Assembly (NCBI GenBank): GCA_000146045.2
Contig: BK006946.2
Location: 288,001-352,000, forward strand
DNA length: 64,000 nt
Reading direction: 5' to 3'
Origin: TPA_inf: Saccharomyces
Lineage: Eukaryota
Shown piece after piece: positions 47,298 through 59,510 of the stretch (position 1 is its first letter; every line of letters begins with the position of its first letter). Position numbers and translations under genes: made by a program. The notes beneath the pieces were generated by a model, which was not told the DNA's origin, did no database searches, and was given only the letters and a program-made list of their open reading frames with translations.

Positions 47298-49307
47298 ATG
47301 AGCTACAGTTATGAAGCTTGTTTTTGGGACCCAAACGACAATGGTGTGAACATCCTTCTGGGTCACATTTCTCAGGGAATAAGATCTTGCGACTCAATGA
47401 TACTTTTCTTTAAGCAGCGTAGTGAGCTTGAGAAGGACTATGCCAGGCGGCTTGGAGCCATCACGGGAAAACTAGACAAAGACATTGGAACAAACATGGA
47501 TTATGGAAAGTTGAATGAAACATTTAATGTGGTGCTCAGTGTTGAGAAAGCTCGAGCACAATCGCATTCCAAGCAAAGTGAGATTCTTTTCAGACAGATT
47601 TACACGGATACTAAGGCATTTGCCGCTAACTTGCAAGCAAGATATACTACATTGAGTGGAAAGATTGAAAGGTTGCGGATGGACAAGTTCAACAAGAAAA
47701 AGGGGTGTGAGGTGTTGCAAAAGAAATTACAGGATGCCCAGATTAGATTCAGAGACTTGCAATTGAACGAGAATAATATGATTGGGGCCAAGAGAGTAGA
47801 ACACAACAAGAGAGAACTATTGAAATGGGAATCGAACTCTCAGGAATATAAGGTTCAACTAGACGTTCTTAAGCAAGAATATAAGGCATCGCAGAAATTC
47901 TGGATACACGAGTGGGCGCAATTATCCTGCGAACTGCAAGAAATGGAGAACGCTAGAATATCCTTTTTACAATCGAAATTACAACAGTTCGCAACCTCAT
48001 CGATGGAAACATATATTTTAGAGCAAACAAAAATGGACATGTTAACAAATCATCTGAACTCATTCACGGCAGCGGATGAAATATCGACGTTTTCAAAAGA
48101 AAATGGAACTGGTAGACTGAAACATAAGACTTCCAAAGGTGACATGAATTCTAGCGCCAACTGGGCTCAAATGAGCAGTATCTCCACGACAAGTAAAAAA
48201 ACCGAATCGTATATGGACAATATAAGGAAACTATCTTCTCAGCTGAAGGAAACCGAAAATAAAAGGAAACTAGCTTCAATAGACAAATATGAGAAACCAT
48301 TGCCATCTCCAGAAGTCACCATGGCTACACAATTTAGAAATTCCACACCCGTCATACGTAATGAGACAAAAGTGGTTGCTAACCCAACATTATCTTTGAG
48401 GTCTTCACCCGTCCAGTTACAGAGCAATGTGGATGACTCCGTGTTAAGGCAGAAACCTGATAAACCAAGGCCGATTGTTGGGGAAGAACAACTTAAACCT
48501 GATGAAGATTCGAAAAATCCTGATGAAAAAGGTCTAATGGTGCATAAAAGAAATCAATCTCTCAGCTCACCATCAGAATCAAGTTCTTCTAATCCAACGG
48601 ATTTTAGCCACATCAAAAAGAGACAAAGTATGGAATCTATGACTACATCCGTAAGTTCAATGGCCAATAGTATAGACGACTCACAGAGATTTGCCAAATC
48701 ATGGAACTCGTCAAATAGGAAAAGAAAATCTATGAGCCATTTGCAAGTACCCTCATCCGCTTCTTCGAGGTCGGATGATGGGGGAAGAACGCCTAACTCT
48801 GCGCACAACCTCAATGAAGATGATTATAACACGAGGAGAGATACCAGTACAAGCACAATTTTGTTCAAACCTCCTGTGGCAGTAAGAGGAACGTCTAGGG
48901 GGCACACGCATAGACAATCCATGATAATGCAAGATTCAAGTAATCCAATTGAAGATGCCTTGTACGAAATGGAAAGAATCCAAAGTAGTTCTAAACCAGG
49001 TACAAAAACAGGAAACATCATGGATGAGAGAGGTGTGGTCAGGGATAGAGGTATTACTGTTACCTTGCCTATTGTCACCAGTGAAGGTTTTCCAGTCATT
49101 GAATATGCCAAGGCCATGTATCCATTGATTGGAAATGAGGCACCTGGATTAGCGAATTTCCATAAGGGCGACTATCTGCTAATTACTGAGATTGTTAATA
49201 AAGATTGGTATAAAGGTGAAGTTTATGATAATGACCGTATAGATAGAAATCATAGGATAGGATTAATTCCCTATAATTTCATTCAGCTACTGCATCAAGG
49301 TCTTTGA
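47298..49307 (+). CDS. HOF1: F-BAR and SH3 cytokinesis protein, 669 aa
   Basis: N-terminal FCH/F-BAR domain, Ser/Pro-rich PEST middle, C-terminal SH3 domain (ALYPLIGNEAPGLANFHKGDYLLITEIVNKDWYKGEV...IGLIPYNFIQ). Confidence 0.92.
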   Translation: MSYSYEACFWDPNDNGVNILLGHISQGIRSCDSMILFFKQRSELEKDYARRLGAITGKLDKDIGTNMDYGKLNETFNVVLSVEKARAQSHSKQSEILFRQIYTDTKAFAANLQARYTTLSGKIERLRMDKFNKKKGCEVLQKKLQDAQIRFRDLQLNENNMIGAKRVEHNKRELLKWESNSQEYKVQLDVLKQEYKASQKFWIHEWAQLSCELQEMENARISFLQSKLQQFATSSMETYILEQTKMDMLTNHLNSFTAADEISTFSKENGTGRLKHKTSKGDMNSSANWAQMSSISTTSKKTESYMDNIRKLSSQLKETENKRKLASIDKYEKPLPSPEVTMATQFRNSTPVIRNETKVVANPTLSLRSSPVQLQSNVDDSVLRQKPDKPRPIVGEEQLKPDEDSKNPDEKGLMVHKRNQSLSSPSESSSSNPTDFSHIKKRQSMESMTTSVSSMANSIDDSQRFAKSWNSSNRKRKSMSHLQVPSSASSRSDDGGRTPNSAHNLNEDDYNTRRDTSTSTILFKPPVAVRGTSRGHTHRQSMIMQDSSNPIEDALYEMERIQSSSKPGTKTGNIMDERGVVRDRGITVTLPIVTSEGFPVIEYAKAMYPLIGNEAPGLANFHKGDYLLITEIVNKDWYKGEVYDNDRIDRNHRIGLIPYNFIQLLHQGL

Positions 49308-49787
49308 TCTCGATGTATATCAATTTTACTAGTTTTCTGATAAAAGAAAAAAAGTATAATGTCAGATTTTTGTTAAGTAGAAATAGAAAGATATACGCTG
49401 CCGTGGGAGAAGGACACCTCTCCGGATTTGTAACTAAAAATCATAAAATATCACGTCTTTCCTTCATATTTTCAAAAAAAAAAAAAGTTTTCTTTACCAT
49501 TTTTGACACAATAATCACGATAATTGTTAGGTCAGGCATTCCCTTTCCACTTTTATGTTCATTTGGACGCAATAAGATATACATATTATTTAATGTGCTC
49601 TAATGACAGTTCTACTGTGTTTATATCATTAGAGTCACTTGTTACGAATACTACATATTTCCGCGCAGTGGCTAAAAGCAAATTTCAACATTATAAATCT
49701 CTAATAGTAAACTGACAATATTGCGGAATTAGAAAAAATGTACCACGCGAAGTTAAGTGTCTTGAACAACTACTATATGCATTGAAT

Positions 49788-49817
49788 ATGGCTCCATTTA
49801 GGCAGGACAGTATTTTG
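49788..49817 (+). CDS. ARP9: ARP9 exon 1 (MAPFRQDSIL)
   Basis: ATG at 49788. The exon ends with phase 0 immediately before GTACGT. Confidence 0.8.
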
Positions 49818-49903
49818 GTACGTATTTAGTTCATCAATGGATTTTTTAAGTCTTCACGAACAGTTTTTGGTTAATCTTTTATACTAACAACAATTCATAA
49901 CAG
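49818..49903 (+). other. ARP9: ARP9 spliceosomal intron (86 nt)
   Basis: 5' splice site GTACGT at 49818-49823, branchpoint TACTAAC at 49882-49888, 3' splice site CAG ending at 49903. Splicing joins exon 1 in frame to the long ORF. Confidence 0.8.
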
Positions 49904-51277
49904 ATAATATACCCCAGATCTCAAACTACTCTCGTTCAATTTGGTTTGAATGAAGAAACATTCACTGTACCTGAGCTGGAAATACCAACACAGATTTATC
50001 GGACCACGAGACAAGATGGTTCCTACACATATCATTCAACGAACAAGGATAATAAAGCCGAATTAATCAAACCAATCCAAAATGGTGAAATAATAGACAT
50101 AAGCGCCTTTACACAATTTCTTAGACTAATATTTGTATCTATTTTGTCTGATAGAGCTAATAAAAATCAAGATGCTTTTGAAGCTGAATTATCTAATATT
50201 CCTCTTCTACTGATTACGCACCACTCTTGGTCGCAATCGGATCTAGAGATTATTACTCAATATGTCTTCGAAAGTCTTGAGATAAACAATCTAATCCAAT
50301 TGCCGGCTTCCTTAGCGGCCACTTATTCTATGATTTCGTTGCAGAATTGTTGTATTATTGATGTTGGAACACATCATACAGATATTATTCCTATTGTTGA
50401 CTATGCACAATTAGACCATCTTGTCTCTTCAATACCAATGGGCGGACAGTCTATTAATGATTCTCTAAAAAAACTACTACCTCAATGGGACGATGATCAG
50501 ATAGAATCATTGAAAAAATCACCAATTTTTGAGGTGCTCAGTGACGACGCCAAAAAACTATCAAGTTTCGATTTTGGAAACGAAAATGAGGACGAGGATG
50601 AAGGAACTTTAAACGTTGCCGAGATTATTACAAGTGGTCGTGATACACGTGAAGTTTTAGAGGAAAGAGAACGTGGTCAAAAAGTCAAAAATGTTAAAAA
50701 TAGCGACTTGGAATTCAATACTTTTTGGGATGAAAAAGGTAACGAAATTAAAGTTGGTAAGCAAAGATTCCAAGGATGTAATAACCTGATTAAGAATATT
50801 TCTAATCGTGTAGGATTGACGTTAGATAACATAGATGATATTAACAAAGCTAAAGCCGTTTGGGAAAATATTATCATCGTCGGTGGCACTACTTCAATTT
50901 CAGGTTTTAAAGAAGCTTTACTGGGTCAACTACTGAAAGACCATTTAATTATAGAGCCAGAGGAAGAGAAGTCAAAAAGAGAAGAGGAAGCGAAATCCGT
51001 ATTACCAGCTGCAACAAAAAAGAAAAGCAAGTTTATGACAAATAGCACCGCATTTGTTCCAACTATAGAATACGTACAGTGTCCTACAGTAATCAAACTG
51101 GCTAAATATCCAGATTACTTTCCTGAGTGGAAGAAAAGTGGATATTCAGAGATTATATTCTTGGGTGCCCAAATTGTTTCTAAGCAAATTTTCACTCATC
51201 CTAAAGATACATTTTATATCACAAGAGAAAAGTATAATATGAAAGGACCGGCTGCTCTTTGGGACGTGCAATTTTAA
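49904..51277 (+). CDS. ARP9: ARP9 exon 2; actin-related protein of SWI/SNF and RSC, 467 aa in total
   Basis: Actin-fold protein. The track ORF 49946..51277 begins at an internal TTG. The spliced product MAPFRQDSIL|[20 protein letters not shown]... is 467 aa. Confidence 0.85.
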
Positions 51278-51417
51278 GAATACGTGATAGATGCTTCGTG
51301 TATCCAAAATCCGTGTGAATATGTGCTGTTTAGTTTTTTCCATCCAATGAGGATGGGAAATATATACATAAACGTTATGTAATATATAGAATTCATGCAA
51401 AATTAACAAGGGAAATA

Positions 51418-52722
51418 TCACCTTGGTTGTGTATATGGGACGTTGTTCGACAGAACGGATTGATTTTCACCAGTTCCAATTGATATGATCTTTTCCAAAT
51501 CAACTTCCTCATTCTCATTTGCACAAGATGACTCGCTTCCGTCTGCTTGAGCGTCCTTTTGTATCCATCTTTTGAACAAGCTTACAAAGAAATTTGCCGT
51601 CATGACTTGCTCAACTTGATATAAAACCAAGGGAACCAACAACTTACCCAGGTGTTCTTTTTTATCGCCGTATTGTGAAGTAATTAGTGATACACCCAGT
51701 GCTGCAGTTTTAGCCGGGCCACAAAACATAATGCAAATCGCATCTTCCTTTGAATAATAAAAAGGCCTAAAGATATTATACGAATAGCGGTACAATCTTG
51801 TAGATTTGCCCTCTATTGGTTCATGAGGGAAAAGCTTGAGGATGAACCATGGCCTTGCACATAAGTATGACAGACCCGTGAAGAATATATAAATTCCCAA
51901 ATTAAAAAAGCAGAGAAATATGATGCAAACATGAGAAACGCTAGTAAACGCATCCTGATAAAAGGCAGTTGAGAATGAACTAAACATAATCAATAAAAGC
52001 ATGTAAGATCCAATTTTAATATGGTATTTTTTCAAAAAGCCCAGGTAATAAGCAGTACCCTTCGGAAAGCAATTTTGAATAACCTGACCCACAAACAAGG
52101 GTACGAATACAGAGAGACCAACCTGTTTCATAACACGGCCATAAAGCGCACCAATGCCATTTCCAGTGGCAGGGTTGCCGTATGCAAATGGTGCGCGGTT
52201 AGTAAACATTTGAACCAATGCAGGTGTAATAAACGCACCCAACAAATTTCCAATGAATACTTCACAAACGCACAAAAGGCTATTTCCACCTGCATTCGTA
52301 GTCATGATAACGTTTGAAGCCACGGTTGTTGGACAAGTGGCAGTCAAAATTAGACCGATAAGTACCCAGTCATCTATTTTCGGATCATTAGCAGCCTTTA
52401 CCGCGCAACAAAATCCATATACTATGGACGAGGTAATAAGGAAACTCAGAACCAGAATAGTGGCATGAGCTCTCCAATTTAACATATTTGCCATTAGTGA
52501 CCTTGATTTCATTCCCAGGCCACTTTGGAGAAAAATCCAGGCGACGCAGCCGTACCCAATACTATATTGGCCTTTAATTAACCCTCCGTCTCTTGCAAAA
52601 TTCGGAGCAAATCTTGCAATAACGATTAAAATAGCCAAACAGATGAAAAACCACTGGGATTTCAGAAATTCTGTTACTGAATGTGCCCAAATTTTTCGTA
52701 TTAGAGAGTACTGAGTCTTCAT
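51418..52722 (-). CDS. RCH1: SLC10 (bile acid:sodium symporter)-family plasma-membrane transporter homologue, 434 aa
   Basis: Polytopic membrane protein of 434 aa starting MKTQYSLIRKIWAHSVTEFLKSQW, with an SLC10-like fold. Confidence 0.8.
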   Translation of the reverse strand: MKTQYSLIRKIWAHSVTEFLKSQWFFICLAILIVIARFAPNFARDGGLIKGQYSIGYGCVAWIFLQSGLGMKSRSLMANMLNWRAHATILVLSFLITSSIVYGFCCAVKAANDPKIDDWVLIGLILTATCPTTVASNVIMTTNAGGNSLLCVCEVFIGNLLGAFITPALVQMFTNRAPFAYGNPATGNGIGALYGRVMKQVGLSVFVPLFVGQVIQNCFPKGTAYYLGFLKKYHIKIGSYMLLLIMFSSFSTAFYQDAFTSVSHVCIIFLCFFNLGIYIFFTGLSYLCARPWFILKLFPHEPIEGKSTRLYRYSYNIFRPFYYSKEDAICIMFCGPAKTAALGVSLITSQYGDKKEHLGKLLVPLVLYQVEQVMTANFFVSLFKRWIQKDAQADGSESSCANENEEVDLEKIISIGTGENQSVLSNNVPYTQPR

Positions 52723-53141
52723 TTGGCACTAAGTAGGTGTATTAAATGTGTGTCTTCCTTCTTTTTGCAAGTTATGTCAGAGTTGGGATATATCGTAGAA
52801 AAGGGTGCGAAGGTGATTCAGGTAGCATAGACGGTTTCAGGCAATAAAAAGCTATAAATCTCTCTTTATATAATTGAAGGTTAAAATTTGCTAGATTTTA
52901 AAGTGGTTCGGTTCTTTTTTATGCTTTCTTAGCTTCTGGCTGTTCGTTGGAGCTCAGACTTACGGGTAGACCAATGTCATCGAAATACTGTGGAAGATCA
53001 AGCTCGGAAGGAGAGCGAGGCTAAGTTCCGAGCTACTGAAAAAAATGGAAAAAACAAGTGCCTTAATTGAATGACTAGATGGGTGCTTGTTAACGAAGGC
53101 GTGCTGCTATTCATGAAGCTGTTGCATTGTACTGTACAGTA

Positions 53142-53675
53142 ATGTTTCGAGCCGGATCATCAAAAAGATTCTTACGAAACACACTAATAGCAATTTCATG
53201 GGTTCCGGTACTTCTAACAATCAATAATAATGTGGTCCATATTGCGCAAGTTAAAGGTACCTCTATGCAGCCTACGCTGAACCCGCAAACGGAAACGCTG
53301 GCAACAGATTGGGTGCTGCTTTGGAAGTTTGGAGTCAAGAACCCAAGTAATTTATCTAGAGATGACATTATCCTTTTCAAAGCTCCTACAAACCCTCGGA
53401 AAGTTTACTGCAAAAGGGTTAAAGGTTTACCGTTTGATACCATTGACACGAAGTTTCCATACCCTAAACCTCAAGTGAACCTGCCCAGGGGACACATATG
53501 GGTCGAAGGGGACAATTATTTTCATTCGATTGATAGCAATACTTTTGGCCCCATTTCCAGTGGGTTGGTCATAGGGAAAGCTATAACAATTGTTTGGCCA
53601 CCCTCCAGGTGGGGAACGGATCTCAAACTGAGTACCGGTAGAGACTGCATTAGCAAAAGAGCCATTTTAGAATGA
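53142..53675 (+). CDS. IMP2: Mitochondrial inner-membrane peptidase catalytic subunit (signal peptidase S26), 177 aa
   Basis: S26 Ser/Lys dyad motifs (GTSMQPT ... KRV ... GDN). The track start is a TTG at 53127; the ATG is at 53142. Confidence 0.88.
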   Translation: MFRAGSSKRFLRNTLIAISWVPVLLTINNNVVHIAQVKGTSMQPTLNPQTETLATDWVLLWKFGVKNPSNLSRDDIILFKAPTNPRKVYCKRVKGLPFDTIDTKFPYPKPQVNLPRGHIWVEGDNYFHSIDSNTFGPISSGLVIGKAITIVWPPSRWGTDLKLSTGRDCISKRAILE

Positions 53676-53855
53676 AAATCAGCTTATTTTTATGAATTTA
53701 GAAGTGACCCCGGTATTCAAATGCAAATTTTTTATATTATGTGATTAATCTAATGCAATAAATATAGATGATTGTGATTTATGTATTGATGTTGTTGCCG
53801 TTCGGTTCCTGAATATATACTTCTTTTTTTCATAATACTTCATGCACATGTAGTA

Positions 53856-55520
53856 TCATTTTTTATCTTCAGTCTCTAGAGAAGGGAATAACGATCTTCT
53901 TGCGGGCCTGGGTAAATCTTCTCGGTCGGAACCAACGAAAGTAAAATCTCCGTCTTGCTCTTCATCTCCACTTACTTGCTGATGATTGCCTCTCTCATCT
54001 TCGAAACTAAAATATGATGGGGTATCCAGTCCGTCCATTAGTAGCATATGTGAAGTGCTTAGGTTACTGTTACTACTCATAGACGACTTACTTAAGATGG
54101 GGAAGAAATTTTCGTCGCCTGTACTCTCACTTGAATTTAATGATGAACCACTAGAGACTCTTCTGTGGTTTAATGACAGCTTCGGAGGCGGCTCAAACCT
54201 GAACGATAGTGCAGAAGATGCCATTGTTGTTGAAGATTGATGGCTATCTCTATAAAAGAAGTTAGGATTTGAAGGGGAAGCTAGTTTTCTAAAAGAATTA
54301 TTTTTAGTAGCAAATCTTTTAGATTCTCTCCTAAACTTATCCATTTCTTGTTCACAATTCAGCAAATTTTCTTGTGAGTTCATTCCCACGTACTGACGTG
54401 GATAACATAGTTCAGGAAAATTGTCAAAAACAGCTTTGTATCCGCCATCCAATATCAATATGTCGGGATAGAATAATTTGGGATAATGATCCTGATTTAT
54501 TATACGATCACAATTTCTCAAATGAGAGGCCAATGAAGGTCCCCGGTGGGAACTAAATTCGCAATGGATAATTAAAAGAGTTGGTAGAGTGTTGTTGTTG
54601 CTAGTATCGCTATGCAAAACTTTATGGATAAATTCGTACTCTAACTCATCTCTCGAGTGTATGTTAACGGAGTTTATTATGTGGCCGCCAGTATATTCGT
54701 ATTCAAACCGACAATCTATAATACGACATGAATTATAAAATGACTCGCACATATTATTCTGCAGAATATTTTTCAACGTTTCTGGAGAAATTCGAGGGAA
54801 AAAGTCATTTGAGTTACGATCGTCATAATAATATGGTATCTGTGTTTTGGCTAGGCATGATTCAAAACATTTCACCCCTACCGAATTAGGAGCTAGTGGA
54901 CTGGATGACGCAGACGTGAAGTTCAAAGTATTCTGAGTAATGTTAGAAAATTTCTGTGAACTTTTTCTCGATGACCTCGGAATTTTCCCATCTTGCCGTT
55001 GCACCCTCCTGCTTGAATTGCTACTGCTATTCATGCTTGGCTTTCTCGACAAGGACCTTGACCTTGAAAAAGAGCTCGACCTCTGGGGACTGCCAGGATA
55101 CTTGATTCTACTTAAAAGATCATTATCCCTATTATTGGTCAAAGATCTTCTTGATGAGTTTCTTGTTGGACTTTGTAAGGTTTGAGAAGCAAAATGCATG
55201 CTTAAGACTATATCATCATTTTCATTTTCATTTTCATCTAACTCATCGCGATGGCCAAGCTGCTTTATATTCGGTGAAGGACCATCAATTTCCTTACTCC
55301 TGTGATTTGTTAACAATGGAGATTTATCAAAGGCAAGATTCTCTTTATTGATTAAATCATCGTCGACATTCGAATGTTTGCTTTTTGACTTAAAGAAGGT
55401 CTGAACATTTCTAAATATGTTCTTCTTCTTACCAAAGGGACTTTTCAAGGAAATTTTTTGGAAACTAAGAACGTCTTCATTGGCACATTCATCTTCAGTT
55501 CCATGAAATATATTGTTCAT
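53856..55520 (-). CDS. MIH1: Cdc25-family dual-specificity phosphatase (Cdc28 Tyr19), 554 aa
   Basis: Rhodanese/Cdc25 catalytic domain with the CX5R active site HCEFSSHRG. Ser-rich N-terminal regulatory region. Confidence 0.92.
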
Positions 55521-56402
55521 GGTTTCTTCACCCTCGCTGACTTCAATCCTGGTTTGTCCACTGCTCTGTTTATCTTTTGTCTCCTTTCAAGTTAACTCTC
55601 TTTTCTTTGTTTTCGCTTGTAACTTTAAGTTTTCTGATATACGGCATCGAAACAGGGAAAAAACAGATAAAGCATAAAAAAGAAGGAAATAACAGAGTGT
55701 AACTGTTGGGGAAATATCATAATGAGAATATTTAAACGCCGGAACAATGTATCAAAAAGGGCTTTACCGCTAATAAGTGGAGTATCTATGCTTTTTTGAC
55801 GTATACAATGGACAGAAAAAGCGCCATATAAAACATTGAAGCCCCTCTTCATCCTTAGTCCTGAAAATGAGGCCTAGGAAATTAAGTATTCGGCAAAGAT
55901 ACATAATACAGTTCTAAAAGTAGCAAACTGGTAGATACTATTTGTGGCGCAGTTAGCTACCCCAAAATAAAAACGGTAATCTTCTCCCATTAGGGGCACC
56001 CCTCTTGCTTTTGTACGATGTGGTATCTTCGATTTTCAAACTGACAGGCATATTGCACAGCATAATGCGCACGGAATTCATTAAACTGTACGGATATATA
56101 TATGATATTACGGTGCCATATGATATTATACAATATTATACTGTACTGTACTATATTATATTATATTGTATTAATTATATTATACTATACCCTATCATAC
56201 CAAATATTTTGGCTATATTAATTTTTATCTACGTGTATCTAAGTTGTTACAGGCGGGGGAACTGAATTCCTTCAAAATGTGAAGGTACCGGAAAAATGGC
56301 AAAGAATCATGATAATAATAACAATAAGCCGTAAGCTTCATAAGTCATTGAACAGAATTATCTTATGAAGAAAGATCTATCGAATTAAAAAAATGGGGTC
56401 TA

Positions 56403-58517
56403 TTAAATGTCTCCATGTTTTTTATGAGTCTTGATGTGTTGCGACAAATTATCGCTTCTACTAAATTTCTTATCGCATATGTGACAAGCAAATGGTCGTT
56501 CGTTAGAGTGAACAGATCTCACATGCCTTTTCAAATGTTCGCTGCGCTTAAAGCTCTTGGGACAAATGTGACAGTGGAACGGTTTCTCCTCGAGTTCCTT
56601 TGTTGATTCTATTACGACACTTGATCTTCTGGACGGTGTCATTGATTTTCTCCTGTAACTTGGCCTTCTTTCCTTCGTAACCCCAGCACCATTGCCAGTT
56701 GAGTTGACACTACTACTGCTTATATTATTTTGTTGATTTGTAAGCGGCACCGTACCCATCAAAGGCACAGCAGACTTCCGCCTCCGAAGGGAAGAACCGA
56801 TTTTAGAGTTCATGGTATGGTGACCCTGCTGTGGGAAATGGTGATAGAAATGATTTGTTGCAAGAGACGTGGAGGATGATGATGCAGGCGATAATGGAGC
56901 CATATTCATTTGAGTGATGGAAAGATCGAAATTTGGAGTAGAATTAGCATTTTGTTCACCTTCCTCTGTCAAAAATGGCATATCATTACTCAAGCCTGTA
57001 GTCGCCACTTTCGCAATAACGGACGCATTGTCTGAAAGAATCATAGACGGTTTGATAAATTGTTGAGATGAACTCAAATTTGAATTCGGCAGCATATCGT
57101 TCTTGGGGTCTTCATCCTGCTTATTAACCAGGTCGTAGCTTAGTGAATCATCGATTATGGGTAAAGAAGCTCTTTGCCTTCTTGAATAAAGATCGCTGTT
57201 GAAGGATTTCATGTTAGTGCTACTGTTATTATGTGACGAGGTGAGCTGCTTGTGTTGAACTCGGTTTAGCTGTTGCTGTAATTGCTGACTTGGATTTATC
57301 TTTGTCATAGCATTGGCATCAAAAGAACTTGGGCAAGCAGATTTGTTCTTGCCAGAAGTGGATGTGCCCAAATTATCGTTGAAGTTCATATTATATTCGT
57401 TAAGAATCTGTGTCAACTCATTGTCTATGGTAGCGTCATTGTTTTTCGGGTTGCCAGCAATATTTGAGTCTGCATTTGCGTTCATAGTAGTGGTATTCGG
57501 ACTTGCATTGGAACTTGAGGTAGAATTAGTAGTGATATTGAGATTTGTATTTCTATTGCTTGGATTAATTTTCGGATGGTTCCAAAGGTCCAAAGAGTGA
57601 GAAATAGAATTCCTCGAATTTGTCATTGACGGAAATTGGTTTGTTATAACGTCGCTAAATCTTCGGCGTGATAAATTAGTGTCATCATCATCATCATTCA
57701 ATAAGAGATCACTAGAAACGTAATCATCTAGCATGGAGTCTATGTTCAGTGAATTAAAATAACTGGAATTTAAATTACCCGTAGAATTGGAGTTTGAATT
57801 AGAAATGGAGTTAGAATATGAATTTGTATCTGAGTTCAATTGATTTCTTAGTTTTTCGTTCAAATTGTTTGGGTTAGTGTCAATGAAAAGATTCGAATTA
57901 GCACCATTAGGTAAGGACAGACGATTATCTTTAATGGACGTATGTTGTTGGGCTCGAGGAGATATAAGAGTTTCATTACCATTTGAAGTTTGAGGCGATA
58001 AATTAGTTTCGTTACTTGCTGTATTTATGGGAGGATTTATAGTCGGATTTTGAGGTACCGATGAAGGTGACGGTGATTGTAACGGATTGTTCATGTTGTA
58101 CAAAATGTCGTTCATAGGATAAGGTGAAGTAAGAGTTGTGTATTGATTTGCCCCAGAGCCACTAGCATTATTAGTACTCTTAATTTCACTATCATTTTCA
58201 ATAGTTCTTGCATCGCGATTTTTGTTGCTATCAGCTTTCAAATGCAAGCTGTTATCGGTAGTGGATGGTATCGTTTCCGTTACGGGCAGTGGAGAGTCGA
58301 AAGATAGTGGAGGAAGCCCCAAATTCAGTGAAGTTTCTTGATTTTGAATGTCATTGAGATCCGCACTATCTAAGACAGTGTTTTTGATATCTAGAGAATA
58401 CGGGATAACATCGTTGTTAATATTATTTGGGTTATTATTCTCCACGTATTGTATACTACTCATGCTTTCTATGGGGAATAAAATATCTTCGCTATTGAAA
58501 TCATGGTCGACCGTCAT
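56403..58517 (-). CDS. MSN2: Stress-responsive C2H2 zinc-finger transcription activator, 704 aa
   Basis: Two C-terminal C2H2 fingers ([24 protein letters not shown] / [23 protein letters not shown]). N/S-rich activation region. The true ATG is at 58517 ([15 protein letters not shown]). Confidence 0.93.
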   Translation of the reverse strand: MTVDHDFNSEDILFPIESMSSIQYVENNNPNNINNDVIPYSLDIKNTVLDSADLNDIQNQETSLNLGLPPLSFDSPLPVTETIPSTTDNSLHLKADSNKNRDARTIENDSEIKSTNNASGSGANQYTTLTSPYPMNDILYNMNNPLQSPSPSSVPQNPTINPPINTASNETNLSPQTSNGNETLISPRAQQHTSIKDNRLSLPNGANSNLFIDTNPNNLNEKLRNQLNSDTNSYSNSISNSNSNSTGNLNSSYFNSLNIDSMLDDYVSSDLLLNDDDDDTNLSRRRFSDVITNQFPSMTNSRNSISHSLDLWNHPKINPSNRNTNLNITTNSTSSSNASPNTTTMNANADSNIAGNPKNNDATIDNELTQILNEYNMNFNDNLGTSTSGKNKSACPSSFDANAMTKINPSQQLQQQLNRVQHKQLTSSHNNSSTNMKSFNSDLYSRRQRASLPIIDDSLSYDLVNKQDEDPKNDMLPNSNLSSSQQFIKPSMILSDNASVIAKVATTGLSNDMPFLTEEGEQNANSTPNFDLSITQMNMAPLSPASSSSTSLATNHFYHHFPQQGHHTMNSKIGSSLRRRKSAVPLMGTVPLTNQQNNISSSSVNSTGNGAGVTKERRPSYRRKSMTPSRRSSVVIESTKELEEKPFHCHICPKSFKRSEHLKRHVRSVHSNERPFACHICDKKFSRSDNLSQHIKTHKKHGDI

Positions 58518-59437
58518 TTTAGATCTAGTTCTTCTATGAGCAATAAAAGTTGAAAAAAGAAAGAAAAAATAAAGCAAATAAAACCAAAGAAAAAAAGGTA
58601 GCCTCTTGGCGTATGAAATACCTTGCTACTACTGTTGTGATCTTCCCGAAAAATATGAGGAAGATACCGATAAAGTAAGGAAGAAAAAAGCAATATCTTT
58701 TTTTTTTTGAACTTTTCGTATTACAGACTAGTTTCTGTTATCTCCAAGGTTTCCGTCTGTTTTATTTTCGTGTAACACAGTTTCTAACTGGGAAGTCTTG
58801 TTGAGCTCGTGCTGCTTTCTTACTATTACCAAACAGGAAGGCAAAAAAAGGGAACACGGTTTACGCGATAAAAGTAAAAGGGCCAAGTCTGACTGGTGCT
58901 GATATCAGGCAACAAACACCACTTTGTTCTGCTATTTGTCTTTATTACCTGTCTCTTTCGCTGGAAACAACAAATATAAATAAGTAAGTGTCAATACTAT
59001 ATGTTGTCTGTAGAGGGGAAATTGTATATATTTTCGGTGTCTTGTTTTTCTTTTCCGCAGTTTGTTTTTCCCATTCTGATTTTCTGAAATTCGTAAAAAG
59101 GTGTTTTTTTCGTATAAATGGCTCTCTTTAATTTATTAGAGACAAAAAGAGCCGATATGTATGACGTAGACAGATGGTGTCAAGAACCGGCTTGGCTGCT
59201 ACGGAATGCGTAGCTGAACGCCGTGGTTTCCGGAGAAAGACGAAAGATCAACTCCGGCCGTCTGGCCAGGAACGATAGGTGCTGGAGATAAGTGAGGTAC
59301 GGATACCAAGAGCGAAATACCTCTTTAGGTACGTTCCGGGCCGTTGTTGCCGGCGAAACCGGAGGGACAAGGCAATATGAAGTAGGATTGGAAACCGGCT
59401 TTGGCATATTGCCACATGCGTATGTACATGTCCGGCA

Positions 59438-59444
59438 TCACGTG
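59438..59444. promoter_or_regulatory. Cbf1/Pho4-type E-box TCACGTG
   Basis: Perfect RTCACGTG core at the edge of a GC-rich, CCGG-dense block between CCS1 and MSN2. Confidence 0.4.
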
Positions 59445-59510
59445 GTTATGATGTAGTATACTATATTATGTTATATCTGTATTACGCTACGTTGTGCTAT
59501 CTTGGATGTT

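Noticed and set aside
56005-56265. 86-aa ORF in a TA-rich block
   Set aside because: The translation is an I/Y/L low-complexity artefact of TATTATA repeats. No start context or motifs.
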